Assembly (NCBI GenBank): GCA_964016885.1
Contig: OZ024742.1
Location: 229,958,001 to 230,022,000 of the forward strand
Source of the DNA: Eledone cirrhosa
Taxonomy: Eukaryota
Direction of reading: 5' to 3'
DNA length: 64,000 nt
Below the pieces are notes generated by a model. It made no database searches and was not told the DNA's origin. It worked only from the letters and a program-made list of their open reading frames with translations. Shown here one piece after another: positions 40,805 to 57,600 of this stretch (position 1 is its first letter; each line of letters begins with the position of its first letter). The position numbers and the translations under genes are program-made.

Positions 40805-43800
40805 TAAAAGAATGGAGGTGTAACACACGAGTTGTGAAATATTAGTAAAAGGAAAAGAAAATGCTGACAAATTGTTCCCAGTGAAAAATAGTTTAATTAG
40901 GAATAAGTAAAAATTAGTAATAAGTATTGGTTAGTATTCAGTTTTAATTTTAAGTTTTTACCGGTTGCGCATTTCTAACAAAAGAAGAAGGAAGCACTAC
41001 ACCGAAGATGAACTTCCCAACCTCGCTTCCATAAAAAGGAACAAAAACCCTAGAAATCATCACCCCCAGAATGACATTTACAACTTTCCTCCTTCAAGGA
41101 GTCACCATACCAAATCACTCAGCTACTACGCGGATGCCTCATCGTCAAACATAGGGAAAAGATACCACCGCCATGATAGATGTAACAACTTCCTCGCTAC
41201 AAACGGACAGCAAGGTAATTTTCAGTTTCTCAACTCTCGCTTCCACAATACACAACAAACCCACACCACACGATACAACCAACAACGTAGGCCACCTATA
41301 ACACCACAATCCAACATGGCACATAGAAACACACATCAATACTCGCAATACAGGAACACCCCATTCAATCTACAACCACGAACCTGAACCACATTTTACA
41401 ACAACAACAAGTAATATAACAAACACAGGAGACCACTTAACATCAGCAGACAACCCATCTACCTCAACCATTTTTTAGACACAGCACACAGATACAGGCA
41501 AACAAAATAACACAAGACAGGGAGGAGAAACCGAGAGTAATAAAAATTATCAATCTAATTAGTGCAGAACCAACACCCAACCTTATCAACTTACTCTCCA
41601 AAGGTCTTAAATTCACACCGACCCCACTACGTCCTAACTACTATGAAATGAAGGAAGATATCATAGACTTCTGTAGAAAGTTACGACTCAGTGAAGAACT
41701 ATTCGACCAGTATAATGAGGATGAATCATTAGCCAGAAATAGAAGCAACTACACCCCATCAAAAGGTAGAAATAAAATCCTGGACGAATTCTGTGAACAC
41801 ATCACAAACTTCCCTTACCAACACTTGCACAGACAAAAACACAAGCCAAACCTTAACAAGAAAGAATGGGAAGAATTAAATAGATTAAAAACCGACAGAA
41901 CCATTACAATTAAAGAGGCTGATAAAGGGAGTATAGTAGTCCTAATGGAGACAGAATTCTATATCAACTTAGCGCTCTCCACTTTGGAAAACGAAACATA
42001 CTACGAAAAGGCTGAACACTACAATCAAAAGAAAATTATGAGAAACCTAAAAACTCTGATCAACCAATACAAAGAAGGACTCACTAACAAGGAATTCAGC
42101 TTCATCACAGACTTCACAAGTAAATCCAGCCTTTTCTACGGTATCCCTAAAGTACATAAAAGCGAATTAATAAGTAAGGCATGCAAGGAAGCCACAGACA
42201 TAGTCATCAATGTCCCCTCAGCCAATGATCTCAAATTAAGACCTATAATAGCAGGCCCCGCTTGCGAAACCCACCGCCTTAGCAACTTCATTGATACCCT
42301 TCTCAAGTCTTTTCTCAAACACATCAAAAGCTACATAAGGGACGACCTAGATATGCTCAATCACCTCCCTAATATTCCCCTTTCTGAACAAACCCTACTG
42401 GTGATGTTCGATGTAGTCAACCTATACTCCAACATCGCCCACAACCTAGGAATAGAAGCTATCCAATTCTGGCTGGATAATTAACACAATGAACTCCCAT
42501 AACGCATCAAAAAAGAATTCGTGATAGAGGGACTCAAATTTATCTTGGAGAACAATTACTTCGTTTTCAATAACAAATCCTACAGGCAGAAATCTGGGAC
42601 CGCTATGGGAACGAAAACAGCCCCCACTTATGCCAACCTAGTCAGGGGATACCTGGAAATCACCCTCTACACTAAAGTACTAAACAATTTTGGAAACACT
42701 CTCCACTTACACATAGAAAAGAACTGGAAGCGATATCTAGATGACTACTTCATCCTTTGGCACGAAAACATCGACAAACTTAAAGAATTTCACACCCTTA
42801 TAAATGGGCTCAACACGAATATTAACTTTACGATGGAATACAGCCACCAACAACTCCCCTTCCTTGACATCCTCATTAAGATTCATAACAAGAAAATAGA
42901 AACAGACATATACTACAAGCCCACAGACTCCAAGCAATATCTTCCTCTCAACTCTTGTCACCCTAGACACGTTAAAATTAATATTCCCTACAACTTAGCC
43001 AAGAGAATCTATAGTCTCCAATAAAAACACCTGTTACTTACGGTTACAAGAACTAAAGGACACACTCATAGGCAGGGACTACCCTGCATCACTAATTGAC
43101 AATGGAATCCAACGTGCCCTAAAACTCAGTACCCCGGACCTTAGACACCCTAAAGTAAATCAACCGAAACTAAAAGCTCTTCCATACATCTCCACACACA
43201 ACCCCTCAACAATGAGGCCTTTGACACCATCCTCCCAAACATCCCTGTGTTAAAAAAGGACCATAGAATGAACCAAATCCTTTGAACACACGATATCATA
43301 AAGAGCAAAAGACAATCTAAGTCAATGAAAAACATCCTAACACATGCCAAAGTACTGCCAACCACAACAACGAAACCCACAGTAAAGAAATGCGATAGAC
43401 CCAACGGTGGCATATGCATCAACCTAATAGAGGGTCGGAATTCTATTTCAAAGAAGGACAACGTTTTATAGTAAAACACAATTTCACATGCGCATCAGAA
43501 AATCTAATATATGTATTAACTTGCTCAGGCTGTCGAGAACAATACATAGGCCAGACCAAAAACAGCCTCCGCCAACGCATGACTGTCCATAGATCTCAAA
43601 TTAAAATACGGGAATACAGGAATATACCACTGAGTGAACACATTGATACCTGTGCCGCCCAAAATCTTCCCAACTTTAGAATCTTTCCCCTCTACAAATT
43701 TAAAGATAATGCCACCCACACCCAGCGCATCAGCAAGGAATCTCACTTTATTAACAAATACGGACCCCGTCTAAACACTTCTCCCTAAGACGAACCCACA

Positions 43801-44322
43801 ACATACACACGTCAACATACATACCTACATCAGCATACATCCTACATACATCTCTATCCACATATAAACACAATGACATACGTAAACACACATGTTCTAT
43901 GGTGCAACACAAATATACACAAATTTGCATACCTTTTCGATGTCTATAGATATAAACGTGCCGACACACACACATACATATACGCACACATGCATTGCAC
44001 ACTGATGGGCACATACATATTTGTACACAAGTATTCCAATACGGCAGGGCCTAATGGATTCCCCTTGAAGTACATACAATCTGGACACTCACACACACAC
44101 CTTGGTGTTATGACAATACTATATATCATTTCACTCCTTTTATTATTAATGTTTTTGATGTTCTCTTGAGAGAATCGTTTTTGCTGAAAATATCGAATAA
44201 TGTACACCATTTTTACAAAAATATTGGTCCACCCACACACACACACATACACACATATATACACACACACACACATATACACACACACATACATACACAC
44301 TTGTACACTAACATACAAAGAG

Positions 44323-44373
<51 letters not shown>

Positions 44374-45080
44374 CATCTCCGTATAAGACAAGAGCTGAAA
44401 AATATCTTTCAACATGTTAAAATATCCCCCACACACGTCCAGACACATTTCTACTGACCGATCACTCTACCACGAATTACTCTGCCACACACACACACAC
44501 ACATACACACTTACACCCCCCCACCCACACACCCACACAGAACGAGACACACACACACACATATTTGTCTTAATAGGCACCTGAACTGTTGACCTTTCAA
44601 CATGACTGCAATTCACGCACACATCCCTACTGACCATTATCACAACAATTAACCTCTTTACTACACACACACACACACATTTGTCTTAAAAGACTTATTT
44701 TTCAGTGACTTCTCAATCAGGCGAAAAAGGACACTCTTCGACAAGCCTACATTTGGCGCAAAATCAATTTTTAACATTCACGTGACCTCTACCGACCAAT
44801 CAAAATTGTTTTGACCACAAGAATTTTTGCAACACGAATTGGCGCGAAACTTATTTTAATAGATCTGGAGCCACTTTTTTCACATAAAACAGGTAGAATT
44901 TCCAAAACTGATCAGATTAGAGCAAACATCACGGGCGCTCTATCTCAGAATTATTTTTGAAAAGCATTAGAAATGCGCAACACTTAAAACTAAAACTGAA
45001 TACTAACTTATTACTAATTTTTACTTATTCCTAATTAAACTATTTTTCACTGGGAACAATGTGTCAGCATTTTCTTTTCC
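40805..45080 (+). mobile_element. Penelope-like element (Nematis/Neptune-like) with inverted terminal segments
   Basis: RT and GIY-YIG remnants. About 40845-40978 is the inverted copy of about 44967-45080. The long 3' UTR is rich in (CA)n. Confidence 0.9.
41441..43788 (+). pseudogene. PLE RT plus GIY-YIG ORF, interrupted
   Basis: The frame is open from 41441: IINL...LLSKGLKFTPTP, IKEADKG, FYGIPKVHK, LRPIIAG, FDVVNLYSNI, GTAMGT, WKRYLDD, PFLD, YYKPTDS, and NLIYVLTCSGCREQYIGQT. Confidence 0.92.
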
Positions 45081-45168
45081 GTTTCGACGGCTATTTCTGG
45101 ACTGAAATTGCCTCCAGAAATAGCCGTCGAAACGGCTTGAGCTCTGCCATCGGGGTCTTGAACATTTT

Positions 45169-45204
<36 letters not shown>

Positions 45205-45249
45205 AAAATGTTATATATATATATATATATGTGTGTGTATATATATATA

Positions 45250-45285
<36 letters not shown>

Positions 45286-45385
45286 AATATATATATATAT
45301 ATGTGTGTGTATATATATATAAATGTTTATATATTTATATATATATATATATGTGTGTATATATATATTTATATATATATATGTA

Positions 45386-49055
<3,670 letters not shown>

Positions 49056-49071
49056 TGTGCGTGTATATATG

Positions 49072-49107
<36 letters not shown>

Positions 49108-49402
49108 TTTATAAATCAAGAAAGAAGAGTGCCATGGTTTGCTATACAATAAGGGCTTAATTCACATAGCAAACCATGTCACTCTTCTTTCTTAATTTAT
49201 TATTACTCCAAGTGTAAACCACATAGAAATCACCGCGTACTCGCAGCATCACTATGGACAAGTCTTGTTGAGTCAAACTTAGCCAAGGGTTAGTACTATC
49301 CACTACTCGGAGTACCCTAACTGGACTACATCTAAGTGGACTACCTGTAACAATAACTTGTTATCTCGTATATATATATATTTATATATATATAATTATA
49401 TA

Positions 49403-49454
<52 letters not shown>

Positions 49455-49457
<3 letters not shown>

Positions 49458-49973
49458 AAAGAATAGAGGTGTAACACACAGGTTATTATATATTGGTAAA
49501 CGGAATAGAAAATGCTGACAAATTGTTCACAGTTGAAAAATGGTTTAATTAGGAATAAAAGAGTATTAGTGATTGTATGGGTTTGTATTCAGTTGTGGTT
49601 TTAAGTTTTTAAGTTTTTACCGGTTGCGCATTTCTAAATGCTTTTCAAAAATAATTTTGAGATAGAGTGTCCGTGCTGTTTGCTCTGATCTGATTAGTTT
49701 TGGGAATTCTACCTGTTTTTATGTTAAAAAAATGGCTCCAGCGTTATTTTTGTGTTGCAAAAATGCTTGTGGTCAAAACAATTTTGATTGGTCGGTAGAG
49801 GTCATGTGAATTTAAAGAGTTGATTTTGCGCCAAGACTGTTTTTATGTTAAAATGTTAGAAAAGTGGCTCCAGCAAAAATTATTGGTCAAAACAATTTTG
49901 ATTGGTCGGTAGAGGTCATGTGGATAAAAAATTGGTTTTGCGCCAAGATTGAGAAATGACTCTTTCACAACAA

Positions 49974-50009
<36 letters not shown>

Positions 50010-50081
50010 TAGTAGTAGTAGTAAGGTGTTCGATGCTGCGACAATAGCCACCAGCGATGTGTGTCAAATGGCTATTAAGAT

Positions 50082-50119
<38 letters not shown>

Positions 50120-50254
50120 ACATACACACAGCAGAGTCATTCGAAGGTCAAAAGATATTTTTCAGCTTTTGTCTTATACGGAGAAGTGCGTGTGTGTGTG
50201 TGTGTGTGTATAAGTCTCTTTGTATGTTGATGTACGCGTGTGTATGTGTTTGTG

Positions 50255-50311
<57 letters not shown>

Positions 50312-50437
50312 GTGGGTGGACCAGTATTTTTTCACCCCTGGTAAAATGGTGTACATTATTCGATTTTTTCAGTAAAATCGGTTCTCTTAATAGAACATCA
50401 ACAATCTTAACAATAAAAGGTGTGAAATGATATTCAC

Positions 50438-50471
<34 letters not shown>

Positions 50472-50541
50472 TATATATTTTATTCCTAATTAAACCATTT
50501 TTCAACTGTGAACAATTTGTCAGCATTTTCTATTCCGTTTA

Positions 50542-50548
<7 letters not shown>
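49455..50548 (-). mobile_element. Short (3' UTR only) copy of the 40805-45080 PLE family with inverted end
   Basis: 49455-50440 is reverse-complement similar to about 44130-45080. 50478-50548 is an inverted copy of about 49487-49560. Confidence 0.8.
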
Positions 50549-50591
<43 letters not shown>

Positions 50592-50910
50592 ACTTTAATA
50601 AATAAAGAATGCTGTACTAAGATCATAGTCTATTGCACCTAATATAGCTAACAATACACACTTTCTAGTAATAATAGGAAATTAAAAAAATAGTATAGAA
50701 ATAGGAGATAAAAGAATAAGTAACTTCCAAAATCCCCTAAATCAAATTTACGCACACAATTATAACTCAAATAGTGACGTAATATCTAACAATATTAAAT
50801 ATGTAACTGTAGAAACTCTGATAAATGCCCTATTAATGGCAAATGCATAACTAAAGACATTATTTTCGATGTACTATAGCAAGAAATAATAGCAGTAATA
50901 TATATATTAT

Positions 50911-51066
50911 AAGATCCCGTTAAGGGTAAAAAGCACCGATTCTTTGCTTAAACTTTTATCTGTTATTTTAATAAATATTTGCTCTACGTTTCTTATATAT
51001 TTGATATATATTTATCCTTATCGAGCCCTCTTTGGATTTTAGTCTTCAAAAGTATTATTATTACTA
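50911..51066 (+). mobile_element. PLE terminal fragment (family of 31052 and 17066)
   Basis: AAGATCCCGTTAAGGGT...ATCGAGCCCTCTTTGGATTTTAGTCTTCAA matches 17136-17290. Confidence 0.75.
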
Positions 51067-51152
51067 TATATATATATACATATAAGCAAAAGGGATATTC
51101 AATTTATATATATATATATTTCATTTCATTTCATTTGAGTTTGAGTCCATGC

Positions 51153-54100
51153 TCAGGCCAAGTCGAAGACTCCACCCTCAGAGTCTCGTGTGGTTGCCAG
51201 GTTGGATTCTCTGTTTAATTTTGACATGTGTAGGAGCGAGTTTGAGTCAGTTTGTGCTCGTTGTGTATATCCTGGGAGATGGGGTTCATCTCTAATGGTG
51301 CTTAAGTATCTATCCAGCTGCAATTTGAATGATTTCACACTGCATCCTGATAGATTTCTGACATGTACCGGAATGGAGTTGAATAGTTGTGCCCCTCGAA
51401 CCAACAGACTTGACTCTCGCAGGGTTTTTGCTGCCTGGCCAGCCTTTTTGTTGATTGGTGGTAGCTGGCAGCGTCTTCCGTGGCGCAGTGAGTGGTAGGT
51501 TTTGATACCAAAGTTTGGCACCTTTTGCTCTATCATTTTCCAAATGTATATAATTCGGTAACGCTCAAATCTTCTTTCTATTGAGTACATCTTCAAGGTT
51601 TTGAGTCTTTGCCAATAGTCCAGGTCCCTCGTTTCTGAGAAGTATGAGGTAAAATTACTTTGGAGCGATTCCATCTTAGATAGTTGGCCCTTTGTTGTTG
51701 GTGACCACAACTGAGAACAGTAGTCAATCCTCGGAAGTATCATACTGTTTCAGAGGGTTTTCATTGTTGAGGTATCTCTTGATTTGAAGGTGCGCAAGAT
51801 CCACCCGCTGAACTTTCTTGCAGTAAGACAGACTGAGTCAAGGTGTTCTTTGAATTTTAGGCTGGTTCCCATGTGGATGCCTAAATCTTTCACACACTGT
51901 TTTTCCATTATTTGTTGTCCTGATGGGTTTCTGTAGTTTGTTGTATTTTTCAGATCTTGATCTGTTCCGTAGCAAATTAGGTCAAACTTCTTATCATTGA
52001 ACAACATGTTGTTTGTTTCCTGCCATTTGTATATGGTGGTTAGGTCCTTTTGTAAGGCCTCTGTTTCCACTTCGTCTTTGATTTGTCTCATGACCCTGGT
52101 GTCATCAGCAAAGGATGAGACGTTGCTGGTTGTATCTTCATCTATGTCAGAGATGAGGATGAGAAACAGGATCGGGCCCAGTACTGTACCCTGAGGAACA
52201 CTGCTGGTCACAGGTGATGGTGTTGAATGGGTTCCATTCACAGTGACTGTTTGAGTTCTATTTGTAAGGAACTCATGTATCCATGTACCAACTTTTCCTC
52301 CTACTCCTAGCTTTCGAAGTTTGTGTCCCAGGATGCCATGATCTACCTTGTCAAATGCCTTGGCAAAGTCGAGGTAAATAACATCGGTGTTGTATCCATT
52401 CTCTAGATTTTCTAGGATTTGGTCATGGTGTGCCAGTAGTTGGGAAAGACATGATCTACCTAACCTGAATCCATGCTGATTGCAATTCATCAGATTGTTG
52501 GATTCCAGGAACTCAACCAGTTTTCCACGAACTATTCTTTCGAAGACCTTGATAATGTGTGATGTCAGTGAGATTGGTCGGTAGTTCTTTGGTTTTGATT
52601 TGCTGTCCCCTTTATGTATTGGAGTTATGTGTGCTTCTTTATATGTATTTGGTATTTTGCCATTCTCCATAGATTCCTTCCGTATCATGTAAAGGGGTTT
52701 CAACAATTGTACCTTGCAGTTTTTAAGTATCATGGCATGGAAACCATCAGGCCCCGCAGCCGAGTGCATGGAGAGCTTGTCTATGGCTCTTTCTATGTCT
52801 TCTGGGTTGAAATCAATGCCGGATAGGGTAGGTTTAGTATGGTCGATATCCTTGAAGAATTCTCCTGGGTCATGGATCTTCATGGTTTTAGATGGCTCAC
52901 TGAAGACACTTTCATACTGTTGACCCAACATTTCTGCTATTTCAATAGGGTTATTCACTACATCCCCATTTTGTCTCTGGAGAGGTCCTATTGTTGACTT
53001 GGTATTCGAGTATTTCTTTGCAAAACTGTAGAAACATTTTGGATTTTTCTTGATGTTTTCTATGGCTCTCTTTTCTGCATTGTTACGTTCTTCATCATAG
53101 TGTTGTTTTAGATTGTCTTCTAATCTGTATATTTGGTCAAGGACTTTCTGTAGTTCATGTTTTGATGTCAGCTTAGATGTTTTGTTTCTTAGTCTTGACC
53201 TTTTGCGCATCAGGATCTTTCGCTCGCGTGGTACAGGTTTTTTTGTGGATTTAGTTTTCTTAAGAGGAATATTTTTTGCACATATTTCTTCGATCTTGTT
53301 TAAGAATTTCTTGTGTTTATCTGGCCCAGTAAGGTAGAGATCCCAGTCAATGATTTGTAACTGGTTGTTAATAGTTACCCAATTTGCCTGGTGATAATCA
53401 TACCTGCATAGCTTTGGCATGTCCTTTTGTTTAAGAGTTGTGGCATTGGGCTCATTACCAATGTGTAAATGCATTTCAATAATATTGTGGTCTGAAAGGA
53501 TTATTGGGGTTGAGTGAAGGTCAAATAGCGTGTCCTCATTGTTGGTGAAAACCAAGTCGATCGTATTATTATTTCTAGTTGCTTCTGTCATCATTTGTTT
53601 GAGGTATAATTTCTCTGTGACTTCCAACAGTTTGGCTGCCTGTATTTGTTCAGCTTTTGTCCCCAGTTTTAGTATGTGTCCATGTGGCCAGATGATGTTA
53701 GGGAAGTTGAAGTCACCAAGGAGGATAATGTCTGGCATTGGACTCGCCATGTTTCCCAGAATTTGTTGGAGCTTTGTCAGTGGCTCAGTGAAGGATAATG
53801 TTGGGCTGTTTGGCGGTCTGTACATTATTGTTACAACTGTATTAAGTTGGATGATTTTTATGCACAGCAGGTTGCAGTAGGCATTTGATTCATTGACAAG
53901 TTCTATGCATGCATAGGTATCATGGATATACATGATAACGCCCCCATGGGATCTGCCTTGTCTATCACATCTGAAGATGTTGAATCCATTGATTGAGATT
54001 TCGCTGTTGCGGATGTTTTCGTTGAGATGACATTCAGTAATTCCAATTATTTTGGAGTTGTTTTCTGTTGCTAATTCTTCCAAGGAAGGGACTTTACACT

Positions 54101-54359
54101 GTTTTGTTTTCGGATAAAGACCCTGGATATTTGCTGTTATTATGCTTGTTGTACCGGATACATCTGCCCTATTGTTGGCAAGACTGTTGTAGTTGCTGGG
54201 ACTGTGCTGACTGGATATTCGGTCTGCTGGGCTGTCTGTATTTGTTGTATGTGCCCTGTAAGTCCAGGTGTCAGCCTTTGTATCAATGTTGCCTGGTTTT
54301 GCTGAGTCATCTGTATGGAGTACAGCTGTTGTTGTAGTTTGTAGATTATGCCTAAAAAA
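51153..54359 (-). pseudogene. CR1-group ORF2 (APE endonuclease plus RT) with one in-frame TGA at 51750-51752
   Basis: TANIQGL (upstream of the annotated TTG start), GITECHL, YRPP, LGDFN, SDHN, NYRPISLTS, YLDFAKAFD, VPQGTVLGP, FADDT and PRIDYCSQLWSP. ORFs 51750-54083 and 51153-51743 are in the same frame. Confidence 0.92.
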
Positions 54360-55498
54360 CTGCTTTCATTCATTACTGTATCGAATTTCTGCGAGTTTGG
54401 GTTTGTTACAGCTGATGTGTGCAATTGAGTAGCATGATTTTCATTCACTGTTGAGCCATGACCTGGTTTCTGCATTTTTGGGAAATGGTTTTCATACCTT
54501 GCTGAGCTTGGTCCTGGTGGTGTGGGTTCAGTAGTTTTTATGCGAATTGTACCCTTCCGGTGCATAAATTTGCAATTCTCGTCAAAACATTCTTTTTTTC
54601 TCAGCGAATTGCGGCACATCTTTGGGTGAAGGAGTTCACATTCTCGGCCATTTTGGCATCCTTTTTTTCGATCAGTACCGAAGTTGATATATGGTTTGCA
54701 TGGTTTGGGGTGACTGTACGTGCACCCTTTACCTGAAAGACTATGTTTGCACTTGTTGCTCCTGTAATGGATACATACTGGCCTCTCTTCATTTGAGCGT
54801 TTGCTCTGAATCTGTTTCTTTTCGTGGGAAGTTTGGTCTTTTTCTACAGGATCTCCTGTTTCTTGTTCTGTAGGTGTTTGCATGTCATTGTCTTCATTCT
54901 TGTCATTTACAAGAGGCACTTGGATGGCCTGTGTGTGGCAGGATTTATTTGCCATGTCAGTTTCGCCAATCAATTTCTGTTTAGAACGGCCTGTCTGTGG
55001 TAGGGTCCTAGGTTCATTCGTTATTGTGGCCCTTGGTGAACAATAACCGCATAGCCAGTGTAGGCCTAGAATATCTGGAATGGTGTGGTTATTTATCTTT
55101 TTTAAGTAGCACGCTTCGTGTATTCCTTGTCCACAGATGAAGCATGCCAAAGCTGGTTTTTGGCCAAATGTAATGCAGTACTGTTTGTCACACATTTTGC
55201 AAGTCTCCGGGAGGAAGTTTTCAATCCTTGTTATAATCCAGTTGGTGAGGTTTGATTTTGTGAGCTCAACTTGAACACCATCATTCAAGAAAGCTGCTGC
55301 TTTCTTTAACATCGTAAACTTACAGTTTGTGAAAATATTTTTGTATATTGCTCCACTTTCGTGTTTGATATCATATTTCGACAAGACACTTTTTATATCT
55401 TGATTTTGTGTTGATGAGATGATTTTCAATATGATGTCTGTGGCCAGGCAAGTGTTGCTCTCTGAGCTGGCAGTCCGTGGATTTCCGTTACCCGTCAT
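54140..55498 (-). CDS. LINE ORF1 protein: PHD-like finger plus three CCCH zinc fingers and Gln-rich C-terminus
   Basis: Intact 452 aa. PHD-like CKMC...CFICGQGIHEAC...WLCGYC; CCCH fingers CIHY..C..C..H, CKPY..C..C..H and CRNS..C..C..H. Confidence 0.85.
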   Translation of the reverse strand: MTGNGNPRTASSESNTCLATDIILKIISSTQNQDIKSVLSKYDIKHESGAIYKNIFTNCKFTMLKKAAAFLNDGVQVELTKSNLTNWIITRIENFLPETCKMCDKQYCITFGQKPALACFICGQGIHEACYLKKINNHTIPDILGLHWLCGYCSPRATITNEPRTLPQTGRSKQKLIGETDMANKSCHTQAIQVPLVNDKNEDNDMQTPTEQETGDPVEKDQTSHEKKQIQSKRSNEERPVCIHYRSNKCKHSLSGKGCTYSHPKPCKPYINFGTDRKKGCQNGRECELLHPKMCRNSLRKKECFDENCKFMHRKGTIRIKTTEPTPPGPSSARYENHFPKMQKPGHGSTVNENHATQLHTSAVTNPNSQKFDTVMNESSFLGIIYKLQQQLYSIQMTQQNQATLIQRLTPGLTGHIQQIQTAQQTEYPVSTVPATTTVLPTIGQMYPVQQA

Positions 55499-56873
55499 CG
55501 TTTATGTGGGCGGTGGATTGTGAATAGCTTGAGATTTAGAATTGTTTGACTTGAATGGAGAGGGGGAAAGGAGCAGTGGTTGATTTTGTACACTGGCTAA
55601 GATAGTAGTAGTAGTAGCAATGGTACGTGAGTTGTTAATGGAGCTATGGTGGTGGGGATATGGAGGAAGTAAGAGTGGTCGGGATGGGTCACTGGCGAGG
55701 TAGAATGGAATGTTTGGCTTTGGCCACTTGGAGTAGTAGCAGGAGGAGGAGGAGGAGGGAGAGAAGATGAAGAAGGGGAAGTAGCAGTAGAAGATGGAAA
55801 CAATGATGATGACGATAATGACGACGCTGATGGTGATGGCAGTGGGTCTATTAGTTCTTTTAGCTGCTGATGTGAATGTTGTAGTTGTATTCACTTCAAT
55901 ATATGACCAGTTGCGATATTTAAAGATGTGTTTTTTTTTGTTACTGTTGCTGTTGTTGTGAACTACTTATTGTTTTTCAGTGTCTTCGATTCGTTGTTGA
56001 TCACTTAACCAAGTTGTTTGTGCAATAAAATATATAGATAATAACATTAAATGGGCTGTAGTGAGTAAAAATATTTCGGGCTAGTTTATCCACGTGGTTA
56101 CAGGTTTCTCACAGTGAGATACGAAGCAGAGTTATTAAAGAGATGGCCAACTCTTTTAGCAATGAAATTGAAGTTTGAGGCTTGTATGTTATCGGTTTGA
56201 AAGAGAATGAACCATGAGTTAATGAAAGTATCCACTTCAATATACGACCAGTTGCGATATTTAAAGATGTGTTTTTTGTTGTTGTTTTTTGTTACTGTTG
56301 TTGTGAACTACTTATTGTTTTTCAGTGTCTTCGATTCGTTGTTGATCACTTAACCAAGTTGTTTGTGCAACAAGAAATATAGATAATAACAGTAAATATA
56401 GGGAATAAATATAGGTAATGGCAAATAAGGATAGAAATATTCAAAATATTAACTTCTGTGGTGTATATTGAACAGTAGGAGACATTAATACTGGTATATG
56501 TTATAATTCTGAGATAATGTAAACTATTGTGTGTTTGTTAATAGGAATATTGTGTACTTACGAATAATTATTATTATCGTTATAGTATTATATCTTTCAT
56601 AATACGTGTTCACTATACAAAAACGTAGCTTTCACTGGAATTAAGGCTTTGTCGTTTTTGAGAAGGAAGAATTTTCAGTTGAGTTTTCAGTTGAAAATTG
56701 TAAAGTTGGGTTCATATGTATTCTGTTCCAACAGCTACTTACTGGTCAGAGCGAGCTGAAACATATCTTGTTAGGTGGGAAGTCTACAGCTATACCTATA
56801 TATATATATATATTTTTAATATAGAAGAGCTTCTACAGGATTAGAACTGTTTCATTCATGAGAAATCATCAGG

Positions 56874-56922
56874 GTTTCCTGATGATTTCCCACGAATGAA
56901 ACAGTTCTAGTCCTGTAGAAGC
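56874..56922 (+). ncRNA. Type-I hammerhead ribozyme, right arm of palindrome 56813-56938
   Basis: GTTTC-CTGATGA-T-TTC-CCAC-GAA-T-GAA-ACAG-TTCTAGTC-CTGT-A-GAAGC. Confidence 0.72.
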
Positions 56923-56984
56923 TCTTCTATATTAAAAACTTTTATACTCTGCTATGTGGCTACCTCCGATTCAACCCGGAATAA

Positions 56985-57600
<616 letters not shown>

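Larger units (their letters stand above)
51119..56400 (-). mobile_element. CR1-group non-LTR retrotransposon, near intact
   Basis: ORF1 plus an APE-RT ORF2, an (AAATG)n 3' tail at 51119-51137, and a duplicated segment of about 165 bp at the 5' end. The 5' boundary is approximate. Confidence 0.9.

Noticed and set aside
51750-51752. In-frame TGA in LINE ORF2 as selenocysteine or readthrough
   Set aside because: It is most simply a TGG-to-TGA mutation at a Trp-compatible site. The context is not Cys-like and I recognised no SECIS.
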